NCBI GenBank assembly: GCA_036172245.1
Contig: JAYWIR010000111.1
Coordinates: 62,001 to 126,000, forward strand
Direction: 5' to 3'
DNA length: 64,000 bases
Source of the DNA: Raillietiella orientalis
Taxonomy: Eukaryota
Under the pieces are notes generated by a model, which was not told the origin of the DNA, did no database searches, and saw only the letters and a program-made list of their open reading frames with translations. Shown here piece by piece: positions 36,486 through 48,679 of the stretch. Made by a program: the position numbers and the translations under genes. Within the stretch, counting starts at the first letter, position 1. Each line of letters starts with the position of its first letter.

Positions 36486-39400
36486 CACCTGCGCTCGCCA
36501 ATCGCCGTCGGATTCGCGCCGCGTGTTGGAACGTCAACGGGCTGCGCGACGACGGTAACAGGCGAGATACGGCCTACACCCTGCGTGAGCTTGACCTGGC
36601 CCTGCTGCAGGAGATCCACGTGATCACCGCAGCAGACGCCCAGGAGATCGAGACGATCACGGGGGGTCGGTTGTATTGGCGGTGCGGCCACCGCAAGACC
36701 TGCGGGGTCGCGTTCTTCGTGAAGCCGGCCATCGACGCGGCCGTGAAGGGCGTGCGCTTCGATGACGACGGTCGGGTCGGTCAGCTGATTCTCAGTTGGT
36801 CCTAGTCGATCGAATTGATCGTCACGAATGTGTACGCTCCCAGCGGTAAACAGGGATACAGCGACCGTACCAGGCTGCTGGATTCCCTGAGGCGCGATTG
36901 GCTGACGGACACGAACGTGGGGAAGGCTCTCCTGATAGCGGGAGATTTCAATCTCCGTCTGCTAACAGGTGAGCCAGAAACACAAGAGAACGCGATGAAC
37001 GAGTTGTGCGCCGCCATGCGTGCGCGCAACTTGTTCGCGGGAGAGAGGGGAATGGTCCGCAGCATCGACCACGTCTTCCTGGACGCTGACCTGTGTTCAC
37101 GGGTCGGCAAACGGGGGAGGGTTGTGTCGACGTTGTCGGACCATTCCCGGTTAATTTCCGAGATGCGGCCTCGCGACATAGGACCGCCATCCAGGGATTG
37201 GCGTCTGCCGGGGGACCGGACGCGACTCTCAGGAGCGAAGGAACACCTTCGCGAATCTCTGAGAGGCGTAACGCTCCGGAATCTCCAGGACTGGGACCTT
37301 TTTAGGAATCGGTCCGCGAGTTCTGTGAGCAGTTCCCCCTGGATAGCCTGCCCCCCGGATTCGGCGAGGGTGCTCGCAACCATCGGGCCTATTTACAGGC
37401 TCGTAGGTACGAGAGAACCCCTAATGTCCGTCGCCTGGCCGAGTTCCGCGCCGGGGCCGAACGCCAAGCCTGGCAATCCGGGTCGGCTAGCTTGCTGGAC
37501 GACCAGGGCCGGGAATGATCGTCGCCAGCGTCCGTACGGCATCTCGTGCGGAGTTTCTATTCCTCCCTTTACGCCAGGGAGCCCCCGGATCGGAACGACT
37601 CTCGGTGCTTGCTTCCGGATGGTTCCCCGGCAATAAGGGAGGAGGAGATGGAAAGCCTCGACGAGCCTTTTACCACCGGCGAAATTCTTGCCGGTATCAA
37701 AAGGCTCAAGAGGCGTAAAGCTCCAGGGGAAGACGGCTTGCCCGCGGAGTTCTTTCAGAGCTTCGCGGAAGAGCTGGCACCCCTGCTGCTTAAGTTGATC
37801 AGGCTGATCCGAGACGAAGGCGATGTTCCCGCCTCGTTTCGGTCAGCCAGAGTGAGGCTCCTTCCGAAAGGGGGAGACCTCAGGGATTTAAAGAACTGGC
37901 GTCCGATCACGATCGTGAATACGGACGCCAAGTTGATCGCAGGGCTATGGGCTTCGCGTCTGTGGCAGGTGGCAGAATCCGTAATTAGCCCGGAGCAGAC
38001 TTATGCTGTTCCCGGGCGAAGTATGGATGCCAACCTCTTCTTCGCAAGCACATGGGTGCACCTGCAGAGAAGAGAAAAGAAAGGGATAGGGAAAGTCGGC
38101 AACCCCACATTGGGGCCGCCAGCAGTGCTGGGAAGGGACACCCGGGCAGGGAAGGGGGCCCTAGCGCTCGCAGTCGATCTCCACAAGGCGTTCGACTGTG
38201 TAGACCAGGAACTGCTCTTGGAGCTCCTGTGTCGCATGTTCTTTCCACCCTCCCTGATTTCCTACCTGCGCTCTTGCTGGCGGAATGCGATAATTACCGT
38301 TTCTTTCAGCGGTCAAAAGGTGTATGCCGTGCCGGTGCGGCGGGGCATAATGCAGGGAGATAGCCTTAACCCCCTGCTCTTCAGCACCTACTTTGAGTTG
38401 GTGCTGAGAGCGTACAGGGTGACTTTGGCCCCATTTCCGAGCTCGTGCCCCGGCACGCCCGCCGCAGCAGCGTACGCCAACGATCTTCTGCTTTTGTTGC
38501 CAATGTCCACCCCGGCATAGGCGGTCAGAGACTTCTTCGATCTGCTCAGCCGCGGGACCGGAATGCAGGTTAACAGGGCGAAGTCGTCGGTTGTGCCAAT
38601 AGGTGCGGCGTGGGCAGGGCAGCAGGACTGGGTCCGTCTTGGGATCCCCACGGCGAGGTGCTTCAAGTACCTTGGTGTGCCGTGGAGGGACTACTCCCCT
38701 GCGGAAGCGTGGTCCAGCTGCCTCCAAAAAGTCGAGACGGCGCTCGGCCCGTTCCTGGAAGGCAAGTTTCACTTGCCGGAACGGGCCGCGGTTTGGAACG
38801 CCTTCGCGGCCCCCATTCTCGGCCCCTTGCTTTTTGTTTGCACCCCCACCGTGGAATCCAAGAAGAGGATGAAGGAACTCCTCCGTATCGCCCTTTGGGG
38901 CAAGGGGAGGATCCGAGTCCCACTGAAGGACTTGTGCGCTCCGCATCGGGACGGCGGTCTTGGCCCCCTGACGCTGGAGAGCGTAGGGAAGCAGCTGTGG
39001 TGGCGAACCCTCGCCATCGCATTGAAGATGTGGAGCACCCCTTGGTGCACTCCGGCCCGCCTCCTGGCCAGCCGTGTGTCCCGGTGCGATGGACTCGTGT
39101 CTTTTCTTCTTAGCCGTGGCCGGAAGATGCGAAGATGCGGCCTACTGCTCGGGCGCATGGCAACATTGGCCAAGGAGAACAGCTGGATGGTTTGCTGTCC
39201 CGCCAACTACCCCGCCTGGCTGGAGGAGAATATTGGAACGTGGGCAGTGGTTAACCAGAGAGGCCACGAGACGTGGAATCGTCTCCGATGCAGCCCCTAC
39301 GCCCGCTGCACGCTGCGGAATCTCCTGGAGAGTCCAGCAAGATGCACGTGAGCGGAGACGATCTGCTTAACTACGGCGCTGCCCTTTCTCAGGAGGGCAC

Positions 39401-40080
39401 TTCATAGTAGACGGACGCCAAGGTGGCAAGTCTCCTGCTGCATCGAGGGACGCGAAAAATTGATCAGCGGCTGGACAACAGGAGAACTGGCCGACGCCAC
39501 GACCCGGAGCGTCCAGCCGCGAGGACTAAGAAGATGGGGCGAGCTGCTGGCCATCCCTATGGATGTGCTGAAGTGGCCCTCGCTTCTTCAGGAATTCAGG
39601 ATCCTGCCCCTCAAGTGGAAAGAGTCGGCGTTGCTGTTGTTGCATTGGGGTTTACCATGCAACGCACGCCGCTCTCACTGGACAAGAGGAGTTGTCGATC
39701 CTGCGTGTGTCAGGTGCGGAGAGCGGTTATCGCTCTCCCACCTTATTGTGAACTGTGCTGCCCTTCGTCCTCTTTAGGAACGGTTTGGGACGATCCTCGG
39801 TCTCCCTACGGGCAGTTCCCCTAGAGTCGCTCTTCAACCCCTCTTCGTGTAGGGCGCCCTGCAGCCAACCGCAGCCCTTGCAGCCTTGTGCTGCGTCCGA
39901 GGCATCGTGGCGGCATAAAGCGACACCAACAAGGAAGGAGTGGGTCAACACGCGAGGGATGTCATCCCATATGCCCAACGCTTCTTGCGGAAAGCTGCTG
40001 GATGGCCCCAACTGGGGAATATACGGATGGACCTCGAGGGCTTCCTCCAACGGTTCGGCCTTCCTCTCAGCGAACAGTGA
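36482..40080 (+). pseudogene. A2 ORF2 (APE-RT-CCHC), with stops, a frameshift and YADD changed to YAND
   Basis: Collinear with A1 ORF2; pieces 36620-36805, 36815-~37300, 37546-38520, 38563-39351 and 39460-39777. Confidence 0.92.
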
Positions 40081-40305
40081 TCCCTTCCCTGCCCCTCAAC
40101 CTCATTTGTTTGTTTGCTTTTTTGTTCTTATTTTTGTTTTTTCCCCATCCCCTTTCGCTGCCGGGGAGTGCCACGGCGGGCTGCGTCCCGGCGTCGCGTT
40201 AGGTCCCGTGCATGAGGCCGTGAGAAGGGGCCTGGTACCGCAATTGTAGAGTTTTTATAAATAAACGCCCCGGGCGTACCCGGGTGGCAACGTCGAATCC
40301 CTTGG

Positions 40306-42762
40306 CGAGTGGACGTGTGTTTCCTTCGCTCCCAAGTGAGTCGACAGGAAGCGGTTTTTTCTTGTGTTGTTTGGTGTGGAATATCGTTGGTGCCCGATGG
40401 CAGCGATGCCTGAGGACACCACGATGGAGGTAGGTGTGGAGGAGGCTTGCCCACCCCTACAGCCTACAGAATCAGGGGCGTCCGCCCCGGAATCGTCCCC
40501 GGCGACGCCGTGGTCATGGAGCGTCATGGTGGCCGCGCCTACCGTGGAAGCCATGGCCGAGACGGAAGCCTACAAGAAAGCGGGGTATAAACCCTCGCTA
40601 GTCTACAAGGTAGGCAACCTTTTCGATTGGCGAAGTGTCCGCGCCTTTACGAAGGCGCTGCAGAACGCCAATATTTTCGAAAAAGATCTGGACGGCCTCT
40701 GCGACCTCAGCGGCGGGCAGCGGGTCGATGAGGTATGCAAGGATATCACCTTGGCCCGACACCTGATCACCGATCCGCTGATCGTTGATGGTCGGAAGAT
40801 CTTGCCGATAACGATGGACCGCTCGGTGGTGGTCCACCTCACTGGGATCTCCAGTGGCATTACTAGGTCAGCGGTTCGAGAACAGCTACAAAAGCACGGA
40901 GAAGTGCACGCGTTGTGGCCGAAGTCCACGATTTTCCAAGGCTACAATAGCCTTTTCGGAGGTCAAGCTGCGGCGCGTATCACAGTAAAAGAGGGTGGTG
41001 CGCTTTCCCACAAGCTGGAGCTCTGCTAAGCAGCGGTGGACCTCTGGTACGTGGGGAAACGCCAATTTTCTGGCTACTGCAATGCAGTAGGGCATCTACG
41101 AAAAAGGTGCCGGAACATTGTGTGCCACCTATGCGGCGAAAAGGGTCAGTTTCGGCGCGTGTGTCCCAAGCGCCTTACCCCGGTGCCCACTGCGGCCAAA
41201 AAGGCGCAGGGAAAACGTGGAAAGCTGGTAGAAACACCAGCTCGCGAAAATGGCCGTTCCCAACTGCCAGCCTCCCTTCCTCTCGTACAGACGTCGGAGG
41301 AAAGAGCTTCCGTGAACGCGGAAATGGAGGAGGGTTGGCAGCTGGTTCAGGCCAAAAAAGAAAAAAAAAAGAAATTAATGCCAGAAGAAAAGTGGGAGTA
41401 GAAAACTGCCGGTAAAAAGAAAAAAGCCGCGCAGCTTTAAAAAAAAAAAGCAACTCCGCGAATGCTCGGTGGCACTGGAACGCTTAGCCGTTCCTGCCGA
41501 GTCCGCTTGCGGCAATGTTCGCGGAACAGCTTATGGGGACTCGATGAATAACCGCGTGGACGAGCCCATTCTACGTTTAGAGGGTGAGACGCGAGACACG
41601 CGCACCGACAGCCAGGACGACGCGCTCGATAAAGTCGCGGAGGAACCCGCGGCAACGTTCGCCGTCAGCGATGACTCCGCGCTCGATAAGGTCGCGGAGC
41701 AGCCCGCGGCAACGGAGGCCGCTGGCGAAGACGCGGCCCTCGAGAAAGCGGCGCAGGTGCTCGAGAAAGCGCGGAGGAGCTCGCAGCAACGCTCGCCGAG
41801 CGCGAAACCCCGTCGCGAAAGGGCGTACGCAGGTCGGCTCCGACTAAGAAGGCCCCCGCTGGTGGATGCGACCTGGGGGCCGGAAGCGGATATTCCTCTT
41901 CGGAGGCACACTCCAGGAAGTCGGGACGGAAGTCCCAGAAATCCAGGAGGCGCGTCCCATCCACCAGCGAGAAGGAGAAACCGGAAGGAAGCGGCAGCAT
42001 GGAAATCCCGGAGGGGGAATACCCACGCCCGGAAGCCGTCGAGTCAGCCACCCCCATGGAGGAGGGAGAGCAGGGGGGTGAAGTCCTCCCAGCAATCGCG
42101 AAACCTGAGCAGCCCGAACCCATGGAGGAAGGCGAAAAGGTAGGCGCGACTCCACCTGCGGGTGATCCGGACGACGCGCCGGCACCGATGGAGGAGGAGG
42201 AACAGGAGCCTTCAGTACCTGTCCCCCCTACCCCTCCACCTAGCGTCCCACCCCAGCAGGTGGCGGACGCCGCATCGCCGTTTTCCCTGGACTATCACCT
42301 GAACTCGCCAGTCGCCTTCGGATTAGCGCGGCCTGTTGGAACGTCAACGGGCTGCGCGACGACGGCAACAGGCGAGATACGGCCGACACTATGCGTGAGC
42401 TCGACCTTGCGCTGCTGCAGGAGATCCACGTGATCACCGCGGCAGACGCCCAGGAGAGGGAGACGATCGCTAGGGGTCGGTTGTATTGGCGTTGTGGCCT
42501 CCGCAACACATGCGGGGTCGCGTTCTTCGTGATGCCGGCCATCGACGGTCTCGTAAAGGGCGTGCGGTTTGATGACGACAGTCAGATCGGTAAGCTGATT
42601 CTCAGCTGGTCCGACTCGATCGACCCAATCGTCACAAACGTGTATGGCTCCAGCGGCAAACAGGGGTACCGCGACCGCACCAGGCTGCTGGAAACCCTCA
42701 AACGCGACTGGCTGGCAGATACCAAAGTGCGAAAGGCTCACCTGATAGCGGGAGATTTCAAT
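40306..42762 (+). mobile_element. Family A copy A3 (A0-like ORF1 variant), 5' part, cut at GDFN by B2
   Basis: A-type 5'UTR follows the TSD at 40291-40305. ORF1 starts at 40397; endonuclease runs to LIAGDFN. Confidence 0.92.
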
Positions 42763-42841
42763 CGAGTGCGGACGTGTTTTTCTTCGCTCTCGTCTCCGTG
42801 CTTTCATCCGCTTCATCTTGGCGTCGTACATTTTGACGACG

Positions 42842-44766
42842 ATGTCGACCCAACTTGAAGCTACTGAAGTTGGAGGAACAGCATCCGGATCTGCAATCGC
42901 GGAACCTACGGCCGCCTCCACTTCGTCTTTCTCGCCAATGGAGAGGAGTTTTGCTGACGTTGCTGCCACAGCAGCCGTCAAAGGGAAACCACTCGACGAG
43001 TCGGAGTTGCGGGCATACGTAGCCCAAGGCTATAGACCTGCTCTCCGTTATAGGGTGAGTGGCTTTCTTTCTGCGCGCGACGGGAATCAGTTCAACGATG
43101 AACTGACTCGTGTTGGCGTGCGGGAGGATGACCTTTTCGCCATTATGTTCGTAAAAGACATGGGCTATTTCAAGGTGCGTTGCAAAGACGCTGCACTTGT
43201 GCAACGCTTGCTGCACACCCCGTTGTCGATCCGTGGCCAGAAGGTCTTCCCGGCCGCCATGGACGACTCGTTTGTGGCGGAGATTTTCGACATCCAGTCG
43301 GAAATTTCCGATATTGATATTCGGAACGCGTTGGCGAAATTCGCCACGGTTCATGCGCTGTGGAGGATGCGTAGCAACCTCAAGGACTTCCCGTCCATAC
43401 ACAGCGGAGTCGCTGGAGTCCGGCTTACAATGCCGAACCGCCGTCTGCTGCCCACGAAACTACAGGTGAAGGACACGGTCGTTCACCTGTGGTTCGTGGG
43501 CAAAGTAAGAACGTGCGAGCAATGCGGGAAGAAGCGGCATTGTTTCGATAAATGCCCGTCTGGAAAATGCCGTTATTGCAAACTATCCGGGCACCAATTA
43601 AAAAATTGCCCGGATCTTTTGCGAAAAAAGGCAGCCGCGGAGCTCCATTTTAAAAAACAAAGCGCGGATAAAAAGAAAAAATCTGCGAAAAACCTGGACA
43701 CCCCACGGCAGAAATTCCGAAAAATCGCGAGGCGGAATGTCGCCCCAAAGCAGCAGGAAACCTCGCACGCGATGCCCTACGCGCCCCCTCTCGCGGCAGA
43801 GGAGCCGCAAAAGAAAGGGTGCGGGGAATCCGGGGCAATGGTAAGTCCCCCTAGGCGCAATAGCTGTCCTTCCCAAGCACGCCCGGCTCTTTCGGAGTTC
43901 GAGCAACCGGCGGGGACGTCACTGGACAACGGCGGTAAGGACACTTCCAGTACCGTCAGATCCATCCCTTCACCTCCTGCAGTGGCTGAGAAGCCCCAAT
44001 CGAATAAGAAGGGTTGTGCCGTGTCCACTTCGGAAGTCGGCAGGAAAAAAAAACCCGCGTCGCGATCCAACACCGCGAAAGCGGAGAAAAATCTCACGCC
44101 GTCGCAGTCGGAGAGCAAGCTTTCGACTGGCGCGGATGCGATGCCAACGAAGGGATTAAAAGCCCTTTCGAAGGCAGCGTCCATGACGAGCGTTTCGGAG
44201 CCATCGATACTGCTCCCTTCAAAGACGCTGATGGCTTCAAAGATGGCAATATAGCACAATATCCATTTACTGCGCCACGCGAAGTGAGGAACCGTAATGA
44301 AGTTAAGAAGACTTCAGCAAAGGTCCCTCGTGCAACTGCGCGTGAGCACGCTGAAAACGCGAGCGCCGGAAAAGCAGCCGTAACAAAAAGCGATGCTCTG
44401 GTGACGGAAAACGAAAACAGGACAGCTGTCAATCCAGCAGAACCTGTCACTGCTTCGCGGAAGGCCGAAACCCGATCGAACATGCGCCGGTCGGACTCCG
44501 AAATGGATGCCGTTCCGATCACCGAGACGAGGACAACTCGCTCGAAAGCGTGTGCGCGCCGATCAAAAGTAGGCAGCCAGGCAACTGTAGCCGCGAAGCC
44601 ACGCGAAGTCTCCACGAAACCCGACGGGGATCATCCTGGCGTGGAGGCATTACATGCATGCAGCACGACAGAGGACGGTGGCGACCGCCCCCTCCAGCCA
44701 GTCTTGCTGCTCGCCGTCTGCTCGCCGGATAAAGCGAGCAAAAAGCCGCCACCTTCCCAGCAGTAA
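42842..44766 (+). pseudogene. B2 ORF1, 1-nt deletion near 44220
   Basis: ORFs 42818-44254 and 44014-44766 join; two knuckles. Confidence 0.9.
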
Positions 44767-47700
44767 TGCGGGGAATCGCGTCTTCTCGTCGTCTGTCCGT
44801 AACGTGTTGGAACGAGAACGGTCTACAGAACGACGAGAAGAGGCGATTAGTAGCCAACGCCCTGCGCCCCTTCGACCTCGCGCTCCTGCAGGAGATTCAC
44901 GTAATCTCCGACGAGCAGGCAGCCGAAATCGAGGAGCGCGCAGGCGGAACGCTACATTGGCGTTGCGGCGGCGCACACACGTGCGGCGTCGCGTTCCTCG
45001 TAAGAGGAAAAATGGAGTAAGCGGTGCGTAGTGTTCGTTTCGATGACGACGGACGGATACGCCAGATTGTCATCAAGTGGTCCGAGTCCATCGATCTCGT
45101 CGTTACGAACGTCTACGCGCCGAGTGGCTCTCGCTACCTCGAATAAAGAGTAGCTTTCTTTGGTGAGGTGCAGAGCCACTGGCTCAACAACTCCGGTTTC
45201 CAGGTGGCGCACCTCGTCGCTGGGGACTTCAACGTCCGCCTGCTCTCCGACGATTGGAGCCGCCCGAGGGAACGCGCGCTGCCCATCGAGATGTGCGCGT
45301 CCGTGCACGCCGCCAACTTGATGGTCAGCGAACCTGGAATGGAAAGATCGCTCGATCACGTTTTCCTCGATGAAAACTTGCATTCGCGTGTGGGTAGGAG
45401 AGGAAGATTGTTGACTAGGCTTTCTGACCACCACAGGTTGGAGTTTGAGATCCTTCCGCCAGGGAGGGGGCCTCCGTTGCAAAAGTGGAGGATGCAAGCG
45501 GAAAAGATTAGCCAACCGGAGGCTGCGGAGCTTCTACGTGGATACCTGCGAGGCTTTGCCATTCAAGAACTTGCGGACTGGGACGATCTCAAAAGATCTG
45601 TCCGCGAGTTGTGATGCCAATTCCCCTTGCACCGGCTTCCACGCGGTTTCGGAGAGGGCGTGGCCAACAGTAGAGACTTTCTGCAGGCCCGCACGTTTTC
45701 GAGACGCGCGGATGTCGGGCGTCTCGCAGAGTACAAGGCGAGGGCCGAGCGCCAGGTCTGGCAGTCCGGAGCAGCATGCCTGTTGGACGACAAGGGCCAG
45801 GAATGTTGGGCCCCAGCCGGAGTACGCCGCATTGTGAGACGCTACAACTCCTCGCTCTACGCGGAATCCCCGACGGAGGATATTCTTTCTAAGATACTCC
45901 TGTCTCAGGATGCTCGTGTTGTCGGCGAGGAGGAACGCGAACGTCTCGACGAGCCCTTCACAGCGGATGAATTTTCGTCCGCCATCGCTGGGCTGAAGAG
46001 ACGAAAGGCGCCAGGCGAGGATGTGCTCCCTGCAGAGTTTTATCAGTGCTTTGCAGTATAGCTCATTCCCTTGATGCTTAAACTCGCGACGCTGATGACT
46101 GAATCCGGGAATGTCCCTGATTCCTTCCGCTCAGCGAAGGTGCGTCTCCTGCCGAAAGGCGGAGACTTGCGCCAACTTAACAACTGGCGTCCGATCACCT
46201 TGGTGAACTCGGACGTCAAGTTGTTTTCCAAGCTGTGGGTCGCGCGGTTAGGAAGAATCGCGGAATCTGTGGTGAGCCCGGAACAAACCTACGCGGTTCC
46301 GGGACGATCCATCGAGGCGAACATCCTTTTCGCGCGTACATGGATGCAGCTGCAGGAAGTTGTGGCGCAGCAAAGCCAGGCTGCTGCGAAAGTCACTGCC
46401 GCAGGCAAGAAGAACAGGCGCCGACGGCAGAAGGGAACGCCAGGTGCCTTGGCGGTCGCGGTCGATCTCCACAAGGCGTTCGACTGCGTAAACCAGAAGC
46501 TGCTTTTGGAGCTTATGGAACGCCTTGGGTTCCCGGCGCAACTCCTGCTGTATTTGCGCGCGTGCTGGCGCCACGCGCTAACCTGCATCACTTTCAGCGG
46601 CTGCCGCGTGTATGGTATTCCCGTGCGTAGGGGCATCCGACAGGGCGACAGCTTAAGCCCGTTGCTCTTCAGCATCTTCTTTGAGTTGGTGCTAAGAGCA
46701 TACAGGCTGACGCTGTCTCACTTGCCAAGCTCCTGCCCGGGAACGCCTGCCGTGGCTGCCTACGCTGATGACCTGCTTCTTCTGCTCCCCATGTCCACCC
46801 CGGCGTCCAGTGTCGAGGATTTCTTCGACCTGATTCGTCGGGGAGCGGGCGTGAGCGTGAACAGAGAGAAGAGCGTGGTCGTTCCTGTGGGTAGGTCGTG
46901 GGAGGGGCAGTCCGACTGGATCCGCCTGGGGATCCCCACGGGCGGGTACTTTAAGTACCTTGGCGTTCCGTTGGGCGCTTTCGGCGCAGCCGAAGCGTGG
47001 GCGGACTGTCTTCAGAAAGCAGAGTTGCCCATCAGCCCGTTCTTTAACGGCAAGTTTACCTTGCAGGAACGGGCGACTATTTGGAACACCTTTGTGGCCC
47101 CGCTCCTCCGTCCCCTGTTTTTTGTTTTGGACTTCCCCTATGCGGCGAAAGAGAGGGCTCAACGCCTGCTCAGGAACGCTCTCTGGGGTCCGGGAAGATC
47201 CAGGTTCGGCCTTAAAGATTTGTTTGCTCCGCGTCGAGATGCTGGTTTGAATATCTTGACAATGGAGCGAATCGAACTGCAGGTGCAGTTCGGACTGCTG
47301 GCACTGTGTGCCCAGCTATGGACATCCCCCTTGTGTGTGCCAGCCCGCATTCTCCTTCGGAGATGCGCCCGCAGCGGAGGATTTCTCTCGCTTTTGCAGG
47401 GCACTCAATACAGGAAGCGGGGTTTCGGGTTTCCATTGCGGCAGTTGACCGCACTTCTGGAAGCTCACTCGTGGATCTCCTGCCGCCCAATGAACTTTGA
47501 AGCTTGGCGGCAGGAGTCTGTTGAATCCTGGGCGGCGTTCCAAGGAATACGCTCTGAAGATCTTCGCCCCCTGCGTCAATTTTTTCCACGATCCTTGGAA
47601 GAAGTACTGCAGGACGAGGTGAAGTTTTCTACCCTGGCTGCCACGCCTCTTGCCGCAGCGGTGTCTGCCCTCAGGGCAAGAAACGACAGTTACCAACCGG

Positions 47701-48358
47701 CGAGGTGGGAGGTTTCCTGCACGATAGCGGGAAAAACCAAAATCCTTGGCGCCTGGAAGACGAGTGAGTTGGCGGACGCTGCCACTCCTCGTGTTACTGC
47801 AAAGGGACTTCTCCGGTGGGCAGAAGAACTTGCTGTCACCCCCGAAGAACTTGTAGTCCCTCCACAGTGTATGGACAGTTCGCTGCTCCCCCTTGCTTGG
47901 AAACAAGCCGTGCTGCTTTTCGTTCACTGGGGTTTTCAGTGCAACGAGCGTTGGCATCGTGACTCCGGGGACTTGCGTCTGCGAACTGCGTTCGGTGCGG
48001 ATCGACGGAGTCGATTCCGCACCTACTTCTGGACTGCGGTGTCCTACAAGGACTGTGGCGTAGGCTGGCAACAGCACTAATGCATCCCGTGGACACCGCA
48101 AGAGACTTGCTTCGGCGATTCTTCGCGCCAAGCGGGCTATCTACAAGCGCAAGGATTGCAACCATCGGTTGCATACGCGCGATAGTTTCCGTCCGCCAGG
48201 CGTTGGTAATCAACGGACAGCACCAAGAGGTAATCAGCAAAGCATCCTTCTACATGGGAGCATCCGCTAGATGGCCTCATTTGACAGAGGAGACAAAAAG
48301 GACTCTCGCCGCAATACACCGCCGGTTTACACACCCTCAGCAGCGGCCAACCCGGTGA
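44766..48358 (+). pseudogene. B2 ORF2 (APE-RT-CCHC)
   Basis: 669-aa open RT segment at 46071-48080 with AYADD; stops in the endonuclease region. Confidence 0.92.
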
Positions 48359-48679
48359 TCATTGCCCTACCCTCCATAAACTAATTTTGTATTTTCTTTT
48401 TACACCCGCGTCCCCATAGGCTCCGGAACATTTGAGGTGCTCATCGTTTAAATCCCCGTGAGTACGGAGCCTAACCAAAAACCCTTTTCCCTTCCCTCCA
48501 GTTTTTGATTTTTGTTTGTTTCCCCTCATTCCCCCCACGCTGCGAGCGGTTTGTTTACCAGGCCTGCGTGCCGGTAATTTTTCTATGTTCTCTGTCGTTC
48601 TGTTGGTTGGGGACATTGTCCCTCACCAGTTTATTATTATTAATAAACGCCCCGGCGTGACCGGGTGATAAATTTCAAT

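Larger units (their letters stand above)
34649..40290 (+). mobile_element. Family A copy A2, full length and uninterrupted (5642 bp)
   Basis: 15-bp TSD on both sides; complete ORF1/ORF2 layout. Confidence 0.95.
42763..48671 (+). mobile_element. Family B copy B2, full length (5909 bp)
   Basis: ATTTCAAT at 42755-42762 and 48672-48679; collinear with B1. Confidence 0.95.

Noticed and set aside
23054..40305. Recurring 15-mer and hairpin as CRISPR-like repeats or LTRs
   Set aside because: The spacing of 5.6-11.6 kb and the context show they are TSDs and non-LTR element 3' ends.
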